NCBI GenBank assembly: GCA_964402765.1
Contig: CAYODS010000001.1
Coordinates: 1-58,075, forward strand
Direction: 5' to 3'
From: an uncultured Halobacteriales archaeon
GTDB lineage: Archaea; Halobacteriota; Halobacteria; Halobacteriales; SW-7-71-33
Length of the DNA: 58,075 bases
The first letter of the stretch is position 1; every line of letters starts with the position of its first letter. This document shows positions 17,609 through 26,333 of this stretch, piece by piece. A program made the translations under genes and the position numbers. Below the pieces are notes generated by a model, which had not been told where the DNA came from, made no database searches, and worked only from the letters and a program-made list of their open reading frames with translations.

Positions 17609-20365
17609 TCAGTCGTCGTCTCCGGTCGCGTCCTCGTCGCCCTCCTCGCCCAGCGGCCCGCCGGGGATGTTGCTCTCGTCGGCCTCCTCGAGGTCCTCGT
17701 CGTCGAAGTCGATGTCCAGCTCCAGGCGCTCGGTCTCGGGTTCGACCGTCGGGTCGTCGGGGGTGTCGCCGTCGCCGTCCGCGGGGGCGGTGACGCCAGT
17801 CGCCGTGTCCTCGGTGTCGGCACCCGACGCACGGTCGTCCTCGTCGCCGGACGCGTCGGTGAACGGGTTCCCGCCCGTCGCCGGTTCGTCCTCGCCGGGG
17901 ACCGTGATGCCGTCCACGCCGCCGTCGTCGCCGCCGTCCCCGGGGTCGTCCGAGCCGACGGTGCTGACGGCGTCGGTGTCGCCTCCGTCGTCAGCGTCGT
18001 CGCCGGGCACCTCGAACAGGGTCTGGTCCACCTCGCGGGTCTGGAACCGGCCCAAGGCGTCGCTCAGGCGGCTGGCCTGCTCCGAGAGACCGGAGGCGGA
18101 GTCGGTGACCTCGGTGACGGCGGCGGTCTGCTGCTCGGCGGCGGCGGCGACGTTCTCGGCCTCCCGGGAGGTGCGGTCGGAGATGCCAGCGACCTCGTCG
18201 ATCATCCCGACGACCTCCTCGGTGGAGGCGGCCTGTTGCTGGGTGGCGGCGCTTATCTCCTGGACGCCGCCGTTGGTCTCCTCGGCGTACTCGGCGACCT
18301 CGTCCAGGGCCTCGACGGCGTTGCGGACGGAGTCGGTGTTGTCGGCGATGCGTTCACCCGTCTCTCGCACGGAGTCGACGGTCTCGTCGGTCGTGGCGTG
18401 GATGTGCTCGATGCGCTGCTCGATGTTCTTGGCGGCGCGTTTGGTCTCGCCGGCCAGTTCCTTTATCTCCTGGGCGACGACGTCGAAGCCGTCGCCCTCG
18501 CCCTCGGCCTCGTCGGCCCGGGAGGCCTCGATGTTCGCGTTCAGGGCGATCATGTTGGTCTGGTCCGCGAGTTCGGCGATCACCTCGACGAGTTCGTCGA
18601 TCTGCTCCATCTCGGCCTCCAGGCGCTCTATCTCCTCGACGGCCTCCCTGCTGTCGGCCTCGATCTGGTTCATGCCGGCGATCGCCTCCCGGGCGGCCTC
18701 GCGGCCACGGCTGCCGGCCTGTGCGGTCTGCTCGGAGAGGTCGGCCACCTCGTTCGAGAGGGCGGCGATCTCCTGGACCGTCGTCGAGAGGTCGCTCATC
18801 TCGCCGACGACGGACTGCAGGGACTCGTTTTGCTGTTCGGCGCCGTCGCTGATCTCCTGGATCGACTCGGTGACCTGCTGGCTGGCGCTGCGGACGCCCT
18901 CGGCGGACTCGGTGACCTCCTCGGAGGAGCGGGCCACCTCGTCGGCGAACGCCTTCAGCTGGGCGACGGTGCGCTCTATCTCGCCGATCATGGCGTTGAA
19001 CTCCTCGGCGATCTCCCGCATGGCCTGGCTGCGCTGTGAGGGCTCCATCCGCCGCCCCAGGTCGCCCGCGGCGACGGCCTGCATCACGTCGCGGTACTCG
19101 GTGGCCTTCGACTGGAGGTGCTGGCTGGTGCGTTCGGCCTCCTCGCGGGCGCTCTCGGCCTCCTCGCGAGCCGCGCGGGCCTCCATTATCTGGTTGCGCA
19201 GGGCGTCGCGCATGTTCGCCATGCTCTCGTACAGTTCACCGATGTCGTCGACGCGGTCGGTGCTGAAGTCCACGTCGAGGTTGCCACGGCGCATCTCCTC
19301 GCTTTTCAGCCGCAGGCGGTTGATCGCCGCCAGCGTGGTGTAGCCGATGAACACGCCGAAGAGGGCGATGACGACCACGCCGCCGATCGTCACCAGCAGT
19401 CCCATCCGCTCGACGGTCGTCACGAAGCCCATCGCCTGGGACTCGGGGGTGTGCACGAGCACCGTGTAGTCGGTGCCGGCGACGTTGGCGTACGACGGGA
19501 TGAACGTCTCCTCCTCGCCGTCGACCGCCGAGGCCGACAGCGCAAGCGTCCCGCCGTCGGGGGTGACGTACTCGCCGACGTTTGGCACGATCAGCGAGTC
19601 GTTGTTCTGGGCACGCTCCTCCTGGGCCTTGAACAGCGCGTCGGCCTGGCCCTGGCCCCGCGGGTACTGCTCGAAGATGGCCTGGCCCGTGCTGTCGTAC
19701 ACCACCTGGAACCCGCCGCCGGCCCTGTTGTCGACGACGTAGACGAACGCCGAGGCGTTCTTGCCGCTGATGGCACTGTCGTAGTCCCGCACCCTGACGC
19801 CGTGGACGAGCACCTGGCTCCCGTCGCCGACGGGCGCGGCGTACATCAGCCGCGGCGGGTCACCGCTTGCGGTGCCGACCGCGCTGCCGGCGGTCCCGAT
19901 CACCCGGGGACCGCCCTCGACCCGGTCCTCCGGGAGCGCCCCCGACCAGTCGACGTTCTCCAGGGCCGGCGGCCCGTCGGACTCGGTCGTCGCGGTCACC
20001 GTGTCACTCTCCAGGTCGACAACGTACACGTTCTCCACCCCGGAAAAGTCCCCGGCCCGGCTCCGCAGGAAGAAGCCGTTGACGGCGTTCTCCCCGTCCC
20101 CGAGACGGTCGTCGACGCTTGCCGCCAGCGACCCCGTCGCCTGCAGGTTCCGCTGGTGCCAGGTCCGGAACGTGCGTGACTCCTGGGCGGCGATGTCCGC
20201 GAGGTCGCTCTCCACCCCCGTCTCGACGGTCGCCTGGATCTGGTCGGTGGCGACGAACCCTATCATCCCGATCGTCAACCCGAGCACCAGAAGCGTCATC
20301 CCGAACTTCAGGACGTAGCTCCGGCGGACGAACTCGGGTACCAGCGACCGGAGCACCCCGCTCAT
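17609..20365 (-). CDS. methyl-accepting chemotaxis transducer (Htr) with large extracellular domain and 142-aa acidic C-terminal tail
   Basis: Two TM helices flank an extracellular domain of about 290 aa, followed by a HAMP domain and the conserved signalling hairpin [19 protein letters not shown]. Start set at ATG 20365 (MSGVLRSL) with ATTTAT (complement of 20391-20396) 26-31 nt upstream. Confidence 0.92.
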   Translation of the reverse strand: MSGVLRSLVPEFVRRSYVLKFGMTLLVLGLTIGMIGFVATDQIQATVETGVESDLADIAAQESRTFRTWHQRNLQATGSLAASVDDRLGDGENAVNGFFLRSRAGDFSGVENVYVVDLESDTVTATTESDGPPALENVDWSGALPEDRVEGGPRVIGTAGSAVGTASGDPPRLMYAAPVGDGSQVLVHGVRVRDYDSAISGKNASAFVYVVDNRAGGGFQVVYDSTGQAIFEQYPRGQGQADALFKAQEERAQNNDSLIVPNVGEYVTPDGGTLALSASAVDGEEETFIPSYANVAGTDYTVLVHTPESQAMGFVTTVERMGLLVTIGGVVVIALFGVFIGYTTLAAINRLRLKSEEMRRGNLDVDFSTDRVDDIGELYESMANMRDALRNQIMEARAAREEAESAREEAERTSQHLQSKATEYRDVMQAVAAGDLGRRMEPSQRSQAMREIAEEFNAMIGEIERTVAQLKAFADEVARSSEEVTESAEGVRSASQQVTESIQEISDGAEQQNESLQSVVGEMSDLSTTVQEIAALSNEVADLSEQTAQAGSRGREAAREAIAGMNQIEADSREAVEEIERLEAEMEQIDELVEVIAELADQTNMIALNANIEASRADEAEGEGDGFDVVAQEIKELAGETKRAAKNIEQRIEHIHATTDETVDSVRETGERIADNTDSVRNAVEALDEVAEYAEETNGGVQEISAATQQQAASTEEVVGMIDEVAGISDRTSREAENVAAAAEQQTAAVTEVTDSASGLSEQASRLSDALGRFQTREVDQTLFEVPGDDADDGGDTDAVSTVGSDDPGDGGDDGGVDGITVPGEDEPATGGNPFTDASGDEDDRASGADTEDTATGVTAPADGDGDTPDDPTVEPETERLELDIDFDDEDLEEADESNIPGGPLGEEGDEDATGDDD

Positions 20366-20455
20366 ACAACCTCCTCTGTGGGTGGGACCCATAAATCCTC
20401 ACCGCCGCGACGAGGGGTGAAAGGTACAAGCCAACCCGGGTCGTAGGGCCGGGCG

Positions 20456-21685
20456 ATGACCGACGGTGACCTGGACGCCTTCGTGCGACGGACGCGGGCC
20501 ACCCTCGACGCCGAGGGCGACCTCTCCGCCGCCAACACCGACCTCCGGGTCGTCCTTCCGCTGCTGAAGACCCTTGGCTGGGACGTCCACGGCCCCGAGG
20601 TGGTCGCTGACTACGTCGTGAGCGAGGACGACGGTGTCACCGTCGACTTCGCGCTCACGCTGGACGGACGACCGACGGCGCTCGTCGTCACCGCCGGCAC
20701 CGGCACCGACCTCGACCGGGACCACGGGCGCCGACTCGGCACCGCGATGACCGCCGCCGGCGTCGACCAGGGACTGGTCACCAACGGCCGGTCGTTCGTG
20801 TTCGTCGCCGTCGAGGACGACGAGTTACGGCAGGTGCAGTGCTCGCTCGCCGACCTGCCCGACCGGGAGTCACTGCTGTCGCTGTACACGAAGCGGGCCG
20901 CCAGGCAGCGCCGCCGCCAGCGCCGCGCACAGGACCGCCGGCGGGTCGCAGAGCGACTCCGTGACCGACGCGAGGCCACCGTCGAGCGCGTCGTCGACGC
21001 CCTCACCGACGACGTGGGCGACCCCGTCGCCGACGAACTCGCGGCCGCCGCCGCTGACTTCGTCGACGCGACGGTCGAGGCGCTTTCCGACGGTGACCAC
21101 CCGCGGGACGGTGCCGCTCCCGCCCCCTCGACCGAGGCCGGGGCGGAGACGTCCGAAGAGGACGCCCCCCCGACGCCGGACGTCGCCGGTGACGCGGACC
21201 CGGACCCCGACGCCCGCGTCTCGGCGGACGCCGAGAGCGCGAACGGCACCGGCCAGGCGGCCAGCGACGGCGGCGCCACGCCCGCGCGGGACCCACGCGA
21301 CGAGGCCGCACCGATGGCCCGCAACGACGGCGACGACGAGTACGTCGCCCGCTTTTTTGACGAGCACTCCTCGGTGGGCGCCGTCGGCACCACCTCTCCC
21401 GCCGGCGCGGTCGCACAGACCGTGCAGTACCTCGTCGAGCAACACGCACTGGACAACCGCCTAGACCTCCCGTGGACTCCAGAGGACGCCGACGCCCTCG
21501 ACCCCTCGATCGCCGTCGTCAACCGGGCGCCGGTCCACCCCGGCGGCGACCGGATGACCAACCCGCGCCAGATCGCAAACGGCTATTACGTCGAGACGGC
21601 GATGGGCACCGACGCCGCCCGCGAAGTGGTCGGGTCACTCGCCGACCTCTCGGGACTGCGAGTGATGTTCCAGGGCGAGTGGTGA
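20456..21685 (+). CDS. hypothetical protein; N-terminal restriction-endonuclease-like (HSDR_N-type) fold with degenerate catalytic motif, acidic disordered centre, conserved C-terminal domain
   Basis: The N-terminus (LRVVLPLLKTLGWDV...VTVDFALTLDGRPTALVVTAG...LVTNGRSFVF) follows the HSDR_N pattern, but the E-x-K position reads T-A-G. 409 aa, acidic. Confidence 0.65.
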   Translation: MTDGDLDAFVRRTRATLDAEGDLSAANTDLRVVLPLLKTLGWDVHGPEVVADYVVSEDDGVTVDFALTLDGRPTALVVTAGTGTDLDRDHGRRLGTAMTAAGVDQGLVTNGRSFVFVAVEDDELRQVQCSLADLPDRESLLSLYTKRAARQRRRQRRAQDRRRVAERLRDRREATVERVVDALTDDVGDPVADELAAAAADFVDATVEALSDGDHPRDGAAPAPSTEAGAETSEEDAPPTPDVAGDADPDPDARVSADAESANGTGQAASDGGATPARDPRDEAAPMARNDGDDEYVARFFDEHSSVGAVGTTSPAGAVAQTVQYLVEQHALDNRLDLPWTPEDADALDPSIAVVNRAPVHPGGDRMTNPRQIANGYYVETAMGTDAAREVVGSLADLSGLRVMFQGEW

Positions 21686-21802
21686 TCAGACCCCGAGCAT
21701 CGCGCCGGGGTTCATCCCCAGGTTGACGACGACGAACCCCAGCGCGGGGCCGAACACCAGCAGGACCCCGATGACGGTCTTCAGCGCGGCGCCCGCGTTC
21801 AT
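21686..21802 (-). CDS. 38-aa hydrophobic micro-protein (unannotated small ORF)
   Basis: MNAGAALKTVIGVLLVFGPALGFVVVNLGMNPGAMLGV. All 38 codons end in G/C. An AAATTATA TATA-like element (complement of 21829-21836) lies 27 nt upstream of the ATG. Confidence 0.5.
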   Translation of the reverse strand: MNAGAALKTVIGVLLVFGPALGFVVVNLGMNPGAMLGV

Positions 21803-21868
21803 ATCCCATAATTGCACCCGTTACGGGGTATAATTTACGGAGTCGGGCGCTCGCTCGCCGGGACGCGA

Positions 21869-21955
21869 TCAGGCCACGGTCAGCATGATCGCGACGGCCG
21901 GGACGATCAGGAGCCCGACCGCGATGAGCATCTTGGCCGCGCCGAGTGGGTTCAT
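21869..21955 (-). CDS. 28-aa hydrophobic micro-protein, paralogue of the 21686-21802 ORF
   Basis: MNPLGAAKMLIAVGLLIVPAVAIMLTVA. 27 of 28 codons end in G/C. An AATAAAG element (complement of 21979-21985) lies 24-30 nt upstream of the ATG. Confidence 0.5.
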   Translation of the reverse strand: MNPLGAAKMLIAVGLLIVPAVAIMLTVA

Positions 21956-22133
21956 ACTAACCTGTACGTGGTCTCACCCTTTATTGTTTGTGGCCATCCC
22001 GTGATATGTACTCGCCGGGTGGAAAAATAATCGTGGGTGCCGGCGGACGAGAACCGTCGCGACGGTCGTCACCGAGGCAGTCGCCGGGAGCGGTGCCCAC
22101 TTACGCCTCGCCCGTCTATCGTCCACGAGAACT

Positions 22134-23138
22134 ATGTCAGACATGCTAGTCGACGGCGAGTGGCGAACCGACGTCAGGGAGATGACCGACGAGGACGGCG
22201 CGTTCCAGCGGACGACGACCTCCTTTCGCGACGAGGTTCGGGACGACCCCGACGCCCGCTTCCGGCCCGAGGCGGGGCGGTACCACCTGTACGTCGCCCG
22301 GGCCTGTCCCTGGGCCCACGGCGCGGCGATGGTCCGCCGACTGATGGGCCTGGAGGACGCCATCATCATGGACGTCGTGGACCCGGTCCGGGAGGACGAC
22401 GGCTGGGAGTTCGCCCCCGAGAAGGACGACTGCACGCCGGACTCGATCCTCGGGTCGGAGTACCTGCGGGAGGTGTACGTCGCCGCCGACCCCGACTACA
22501 CCGGCCGCGTCACGGTCCCGGTGCTGTGGGACCGCGAGGAGGAGACCATCGTCAACAACGAGTCCATCGAGATCATGCGATTCCTCTCGCGGGCGTTCGG
22601 CGACGTGGGCAACGGCGTCGACCTCTACCCCGAGGGCCACCGTGACGAGATCGACCGCGTCGTCGAGGCGATCTACGACCCGATCAACAACGGCGTCTAC
22701 CGCGCGGGCTTTGCCGACACCCAGGCGGCCTACGAGGACGCCGTCGACGACCTCTTCGAGGCCCTGGACCGGTGGAACGACCACCTCGCCGACCGGCGGT
22801 ACCTCGTCGGCGACCGGCTCACCCTGGCGGACCTGCGGCTGTTCGCCACGCTGGTGCGTTTCGACTCGGTGTACCACACCCACTTCAAGTGCAACCGCGC
22901 CCGGATCGTGGACCACGAGCACCTCTGGGGGCACACCCGCGACGTGTACCAGACCCCCGGCGTCGCCGAGACGGTCAACCTCGACCATATAAAGACCCAC
23001 TACTACGCCAGCCACACCTCGATCAACCCGAAGCGACTGGTCGCCGTCGGTCCCGATCTTGACTTCGAGGCGCCCCACGACCGCGACCGACTGCCAGGAG
23101 AGCGACTGGAGACGCTCACTCCGCGGACGGCAGACTGA
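22134..23138 (+). CDS. Xi-class glutathione S-transferase / glutathionyl-hydroquinone reductase (YqjG/ECM4-like)
   Basis: 334 aa. The YHLYVARACPWAHG catalytic-Cys motif and overall length fit the Xi/omega-like GST family. Confidence 0.88.
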   Translation: MSDMLVDGEWRTDVREMTDEDGAFQRTTTSFRDEVRDDPDARFRPEAGRYHLYVARACPWAHGAAMVRRLMGLEDAIIMDVVDPVREDDGWEFAPEKDDCTPDSILGSEYLREVYVAADPDYTGRVTVPVLWDREEETIVNNESIEIMRFLSRAFGDVGNGVDLYPEGHRDEIDRVVEAIYDPINNGVYRAGFADTQAAYEDAVDDLFEALDRWNDHLADRRYLVGDRLTLADLRLFATLVRFDSVYHTHFKCNRARIVDHEHLWGHTRDVYQTPGVAETVNLDHIKTHYYASHTSINPKRLVAVGPDLDFEAPHDRDRLPGERLETLTPRTAD

Positions 23139-23141
23139 CTC

Positions 23142-23948
23142 TCAGCCCACGAGACTGATCTCGATCACGGTCTTGCGGACGATGACGTGACCGTCGGCGC
23201 CGACGGGGCACCCGGCCTCGTCGGGCCCTCCGAGACTGGTGTCCCAGTCGCTCGCCCCGTCGAAGTAGCTGTTCCAGGCGTCGGTGAACTCGCTGCCCGA
23301 GTAGTCGACGGTGACCTCGGTGGCGTCGGAACTGCTGTACAGCAGCCTGGAGGACTGCTCGCGGGCGACGATCTGGACGGTGCCGTCGCCACCTCTGGTG
23401 TTCGAGGAGGAGACGATCTCCACGATCGAGACGACGGCGTACTCCGAGCCGGAGGTGCTGCAGGCGAAGTTGGGTCGCCGGACGACGATCCCCTGGTCGG
23501 CGTTCTCGTCCCTGCGGATCACCGCCCCGGACTCCAGGACGATCCGCGCGTCGCTGTCCTGTGAGGTGTACTCCAGGTAGCCGACGTCGGTGGTGCCGGT
23601 GTACAGAGTGGTGCCGGTGCCGTCCTCTACCGTCACGCCGAGCGTCGAGGAGCCGCTGCCGTTTGCGACGCGGAGTCGCCCGTCGTTCAGCGTCACCTCG
23701 CCGGACCGCCCGGGGACGTGGCGCCGGTCGATGTCGTTTATGTTGTCGCCAAGCGCCTGGAACCCGCGCTGGGCGTTCAGCGACTGCTCGTCGCTCTGGA
23801 TGTCCTCCAGCACCGAAAAGCCCACCGCCGAGACGACGCCGACGGAGGTGATGATGATCGAGAACGTGAACACGAAGGCGACGACGTCGCTGACCCCGCG
23901 ATCGCGGCGGGTCGTCCCGGTCCGTCGCAGGCGTTGTCCTCGTGTCAT
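23142..23948 (-). CDS. archaeal type IV pilin-like / archaellin-N-terminal-like protein (class III signal peptide)
   Basis: Start at ATG 23948. RRDRG|[25 protein letters not shown] is a prepilin-peptidase-type site followed by a hydrophobic helix, and the rest is a Thr/Ser/Gly-rich beta-type domain. Confidence 0.75.
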   Translation of the reverse strand: MTRGQRLRRTGTTRRDRGVSDVVAFVFTFSIIITSVGVVSAVGFSVLEDIQSDEQSLNAQRGFQALGDNINDIDRRHVPGRSGEVTLNDGRLRVANGSGSSTLGVTVEDGTGTTLYTGTTDVGYLEYTSQDSDARIVLESGAVIRRDENADQGIVVRRPNFACSTSGSEYAVVSIVEIVSSSNTRGGDGTVQIVAREQSSRLLYSSSDATEVTVDYSGSEFTDAWNSYFDGASDWDTSLGGPDEAGCPVGADGHVIVRKTVIEISLVG

Positions 23949-24083
23949 GAGATCGACCGCGAGTCGAGTTACCCCACGACACACGGGAGTAAAAGCGCAC
24001 CGGTCACACCCCCTCCAGCCGCGGAGTCGCCGCCGCCCGACAGTTCCACACCGCTTATGAAGGGGCAGAGAGTACGCTGCCAC

Positions 24084-24458
24084 ATGGCGAGAGAGCAGAA
24101 GGAGGTCCGTGACCTCCAGGAGGGCACGTACGTGATGATGGACGACGCCCCCTGCAAGATCACCTCCTACAGCACGGCCAAACCCGGCAAACACGGCAGC
24201 GCGAAGGCCCGCATCGAGGGCGAGGGCGTCTTCGACGGCAAGAAACGCTCGCTCTCACAGCCGGTCGACGCGAAGATCTGGGTGCCGATAATCGAGCGCA
24301 AGCAGGGCCAGGTCGTCAGCGTCGACGGCGACGTCGCCCAGGTGATGGACCTGAGCACCTACGAGACCATCTCGATGCGGATCCCCGACGACGAGAGTCT
24401 CGCGCCCGACGACGAGATCGAGTACCTCGAGATGGACGACCAGCGCAAGATCGTGTAG
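24084..24458 (+). CDS. eif5a: translation initiation factor 5A (aIF5A)
   Basis: 124 aa with the hypusination loop [25 protein letters not shown] element at 24054-24060 lies 24-30 nt upstream. Confidence 0.95.
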   Translation: MAREQKEVRDLQEGTYVMMDDAPCKITSYSTAKPGKHGSAKARIEGEGVFDGKKRSLSQPVDAKIWVPIIERKQGQVVSVDGDVAQVMDLSTYETISMRIPDDESLAPDDEIEYLEMDDQRKIV

Positions 24459-24459
24459 C

Positions 24460-25272
24460 GTGTTCCCCGGCGCGACCGCCGACCGCGCGGACGCCGACTA
24501 CGTCCTCGTCGGCGCGCCGCTCGACGTCTCTACCTCCTTCCTACCGGGCGCGCGGTTCGGTCCAGAGCGGGTGCGCCGCTTCGCGCGCACCTTCGACGAC
24601 TACGACCGCCGCACGGACAGCCGCTTCTCCGCGCTCTCCGTCCACGACCACGGGAACGTCCGCCCCTGGGACGACGCCGCCGAGTACCTGGAGTACCTGC
24701 GTGGCGTGGTGTGGGACGCCGTCGACGAGGACAGCGTGCCCCTCCTCGTGGGCGGCGAGCACACGGTAAGTGTCGCCGGGGTCCGTGCCGTCGAGCCCCG
24801 CACCGTCGTCTGTCTCGACGCCCACCTCGACCTGCGTGAGGAGTACGACGGGAACCCGCTGAGTCACGCCTGCGCGATGCGGCGCGCCCTGGAGACCGCC
24901 GACCACCTGGTCGTCCTCGGGGCCCGCACCGGCAGTCCCGAGGAGTACGACCGCGCCGCCGAGGGCGACGTGACACACGTCCCGCCCGAGGCGGTGTCCG
25001 ACTGGACGCCCGACGACCTGGACCACGACCCCGGGGCGACGTACCTCTCGGTCGATATCGACGCAGCCGACCCCGGGTTCGCCCCCGGCACCGGCACGAT
25101 GGAGCCGTTCGGCCTCCGTCCCCGCGAGATGCGCCGCGTCGTGCGGGCGGTCGCTCCCCACGCCGTCGGCTTCGACGTGGTCGAGGTGAACGACCGCGAC
25201 CAGGGCCAGACCGCCGCCCTCGCGGGGAAACTGCTGCGAGCCTTCGTGTACGAGCACGCTAGCGACGACTGA
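24460..25272 (+). CDS. speB: agmatinase (ureohydrolase family)
   Basis: GGEHTVS, LDAHLDLRE and SVDIDAADPGFAPGTG motifs. GTG start 1 nt after the aIF5A stop. The aIF5A-agmatinase pairing is a well-known archaeal linkage. Confidence 0.92.
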   Translation: MFPGATADRADADYVLVGAPLDVSTSFLPGARFGPERVRRFARTFDDYDRRTDSRFSALSVHDHGNVRPWDDAAEYLEYLRGVVWDAVDEDSVPLLVGGEHTVSVAGVRAVEPRTVVCLDAHLDLREEYDGNPLSHACAMRRALETADHLVVLGARTGSPEEYDRAAEGDVTHVPPEAVSDWTPDDLDHDPGATYLSVDIDAADPGFAPGTGTMEPFGLRPREMRRVVRAVAPHAVGFDVVEVNDRDQGQTAALAGKLLRAFVYEHASDD

Positions 25273-25327
25273 AACGGCCGTTTGAACTTCCCGCTGGCAC
25301 TTATAGCGGCGGCGTCTACGGCCGGGT

Positions 25328-26251
25328 ATGAGACGACGCGACCTGCTCGCGGCGGTCGGCACCGCGGGCGCACTCTCGGTCGCCGGGTGTGTCGGCTACG
25401 AGACGACCGACGCTGGCGTCGACGGGCCGGACGACGGCGACGCGGACCAGCCGGACGATGAGCGCAGCGACGCCGCTGACGGTCAGGGTGACGGCGACGG
25501 CGAGCGCCTCGGGGGGTCAGCCCCCGTCGAGACCGTCGCGATCGGCGACCGCGAGGGCGTCCCGTTTCCGGACAACAACCGCCCACACGGCGTGCGCGTG
25601 GCGAACGACGCCGCCGGGGCCCGCGAACTGCGGGTCGTGGTGGCCCGCGACGGCGACCAGGTGCTCGACCGCGTCTTCGACGTGCCTGGCGGCGACACGG
25701 TGGCGCTGACGCTGAACCAGCCGGCCGGACACGAGGTCGCGGTCGGCGCCGGCGGCCGACTGCTCGACACGGTGACGGTCCCGCGGTCGCGGTTCGACTG
25801 CAACGGCTCCACCACCGAGGTGACCGTCGACGGCGACGGAGAGGTAACGTCGACGACGATCTCGACGCTCGTGGCGTGCCCGGGGCCCGAGGTCACCGAC
25901 ACCCGGTTCGAGCAGGGCGAGGGGACGTGTGGTGCCGGCGGCCGGGCCGCGGTCACGACCGCCGGCGAGCGCGTGCGGGTCTCGGGGACGGTCCGGACGC
26001 CGGTGCCGTGTTACGACCTCGCGCTGTCCGACGTCGAGCTGGTCGAGGCCGACGAGTTCGGCGGCCGGAGCGGTACTCTCGTGGTCACGGTGTCGACCGC
26101 CGGCCGCCAGGACGGCGCCTGCGTCGAGTGCGTCGGCGGCGTCTCCTACGAGGCGACGGTCGACCTCGACCGGTCGTTCCCCGAGACGGTGCGGGTGGTC
26201 CACGCCGGCCTCGGCGGCGAGCGGACCGTCACCGAGACGACGCTCGGCTGA
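25328..26251 (+). CDS. Tat-signal lipoprotein, hypothetical
   Basis: MRRRDLLAAVGTAGALSVAGC is a twin-arginine motif plus lipobox, followed by an acidic linker and a beta-rich domain. Confidence 0.7.
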   Translation: MRRRDLLAAVGTAGALSVAGCVGYETTDAGVDGPDDGDADQPDDERSDAADGQGDGDGERLGGSAPVETVAIGDREGVPFPDNNRPHGVRVANDAAGARELRVVVARDGDQVLDRVFDVPGGDTVALTLNQPAGHEVAVGAGGRLLDTVTVPRSRFDCNGSTTEVTVDGDGEVTSTTISTLVACPGPEVTDTRFEQGEGTCGAGGRAAVTTAGERVRVSGTVRTPVPCYDLALSDVELVEADEFGGRSGTLVVTVSTAGRQDGACVECVGGVSYEATVDLDRSFPETVRVVHAGLGGERTVTETTLG

Positions 26252-26257
26252 CCCGCG

Positions 26258-26281
26258 CCGGCGGGTTGTTTTCACCGCCGG
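26258..26281 (+). terminator. hairpin with a T-run in the loop, immediately after the stop of 25328-26251
   Basis: CCGGCGG (26258-26264) and CCGCCGG (26275-26281) form a 7-bp stem around the loop gttgttttca. Confidence 0.4.
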
Positions 26282-26299
26282 AGGCCGTCGACCCGAGAG

Positions 26300-26327
26300 G
26301 TGTCTTTTAGAGACACGGTGCCGTGTC
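26300..26327 (+). promoter_or_regulatory. three GTGTC/GACAC half-sites at about one-helical-turn spacing overlapping a TATA-like CTTTTAG; candidate operator/promoter of 26334-27344
   Basis: GTGTCT-tttag-AGACAC (26300-26316) overlaps GACACGG-tg-CCGTGTC (26312-26327). The ATG is at 26334. Confidence 0.45.
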
Positions 26328-26333
26328 CCGGGT

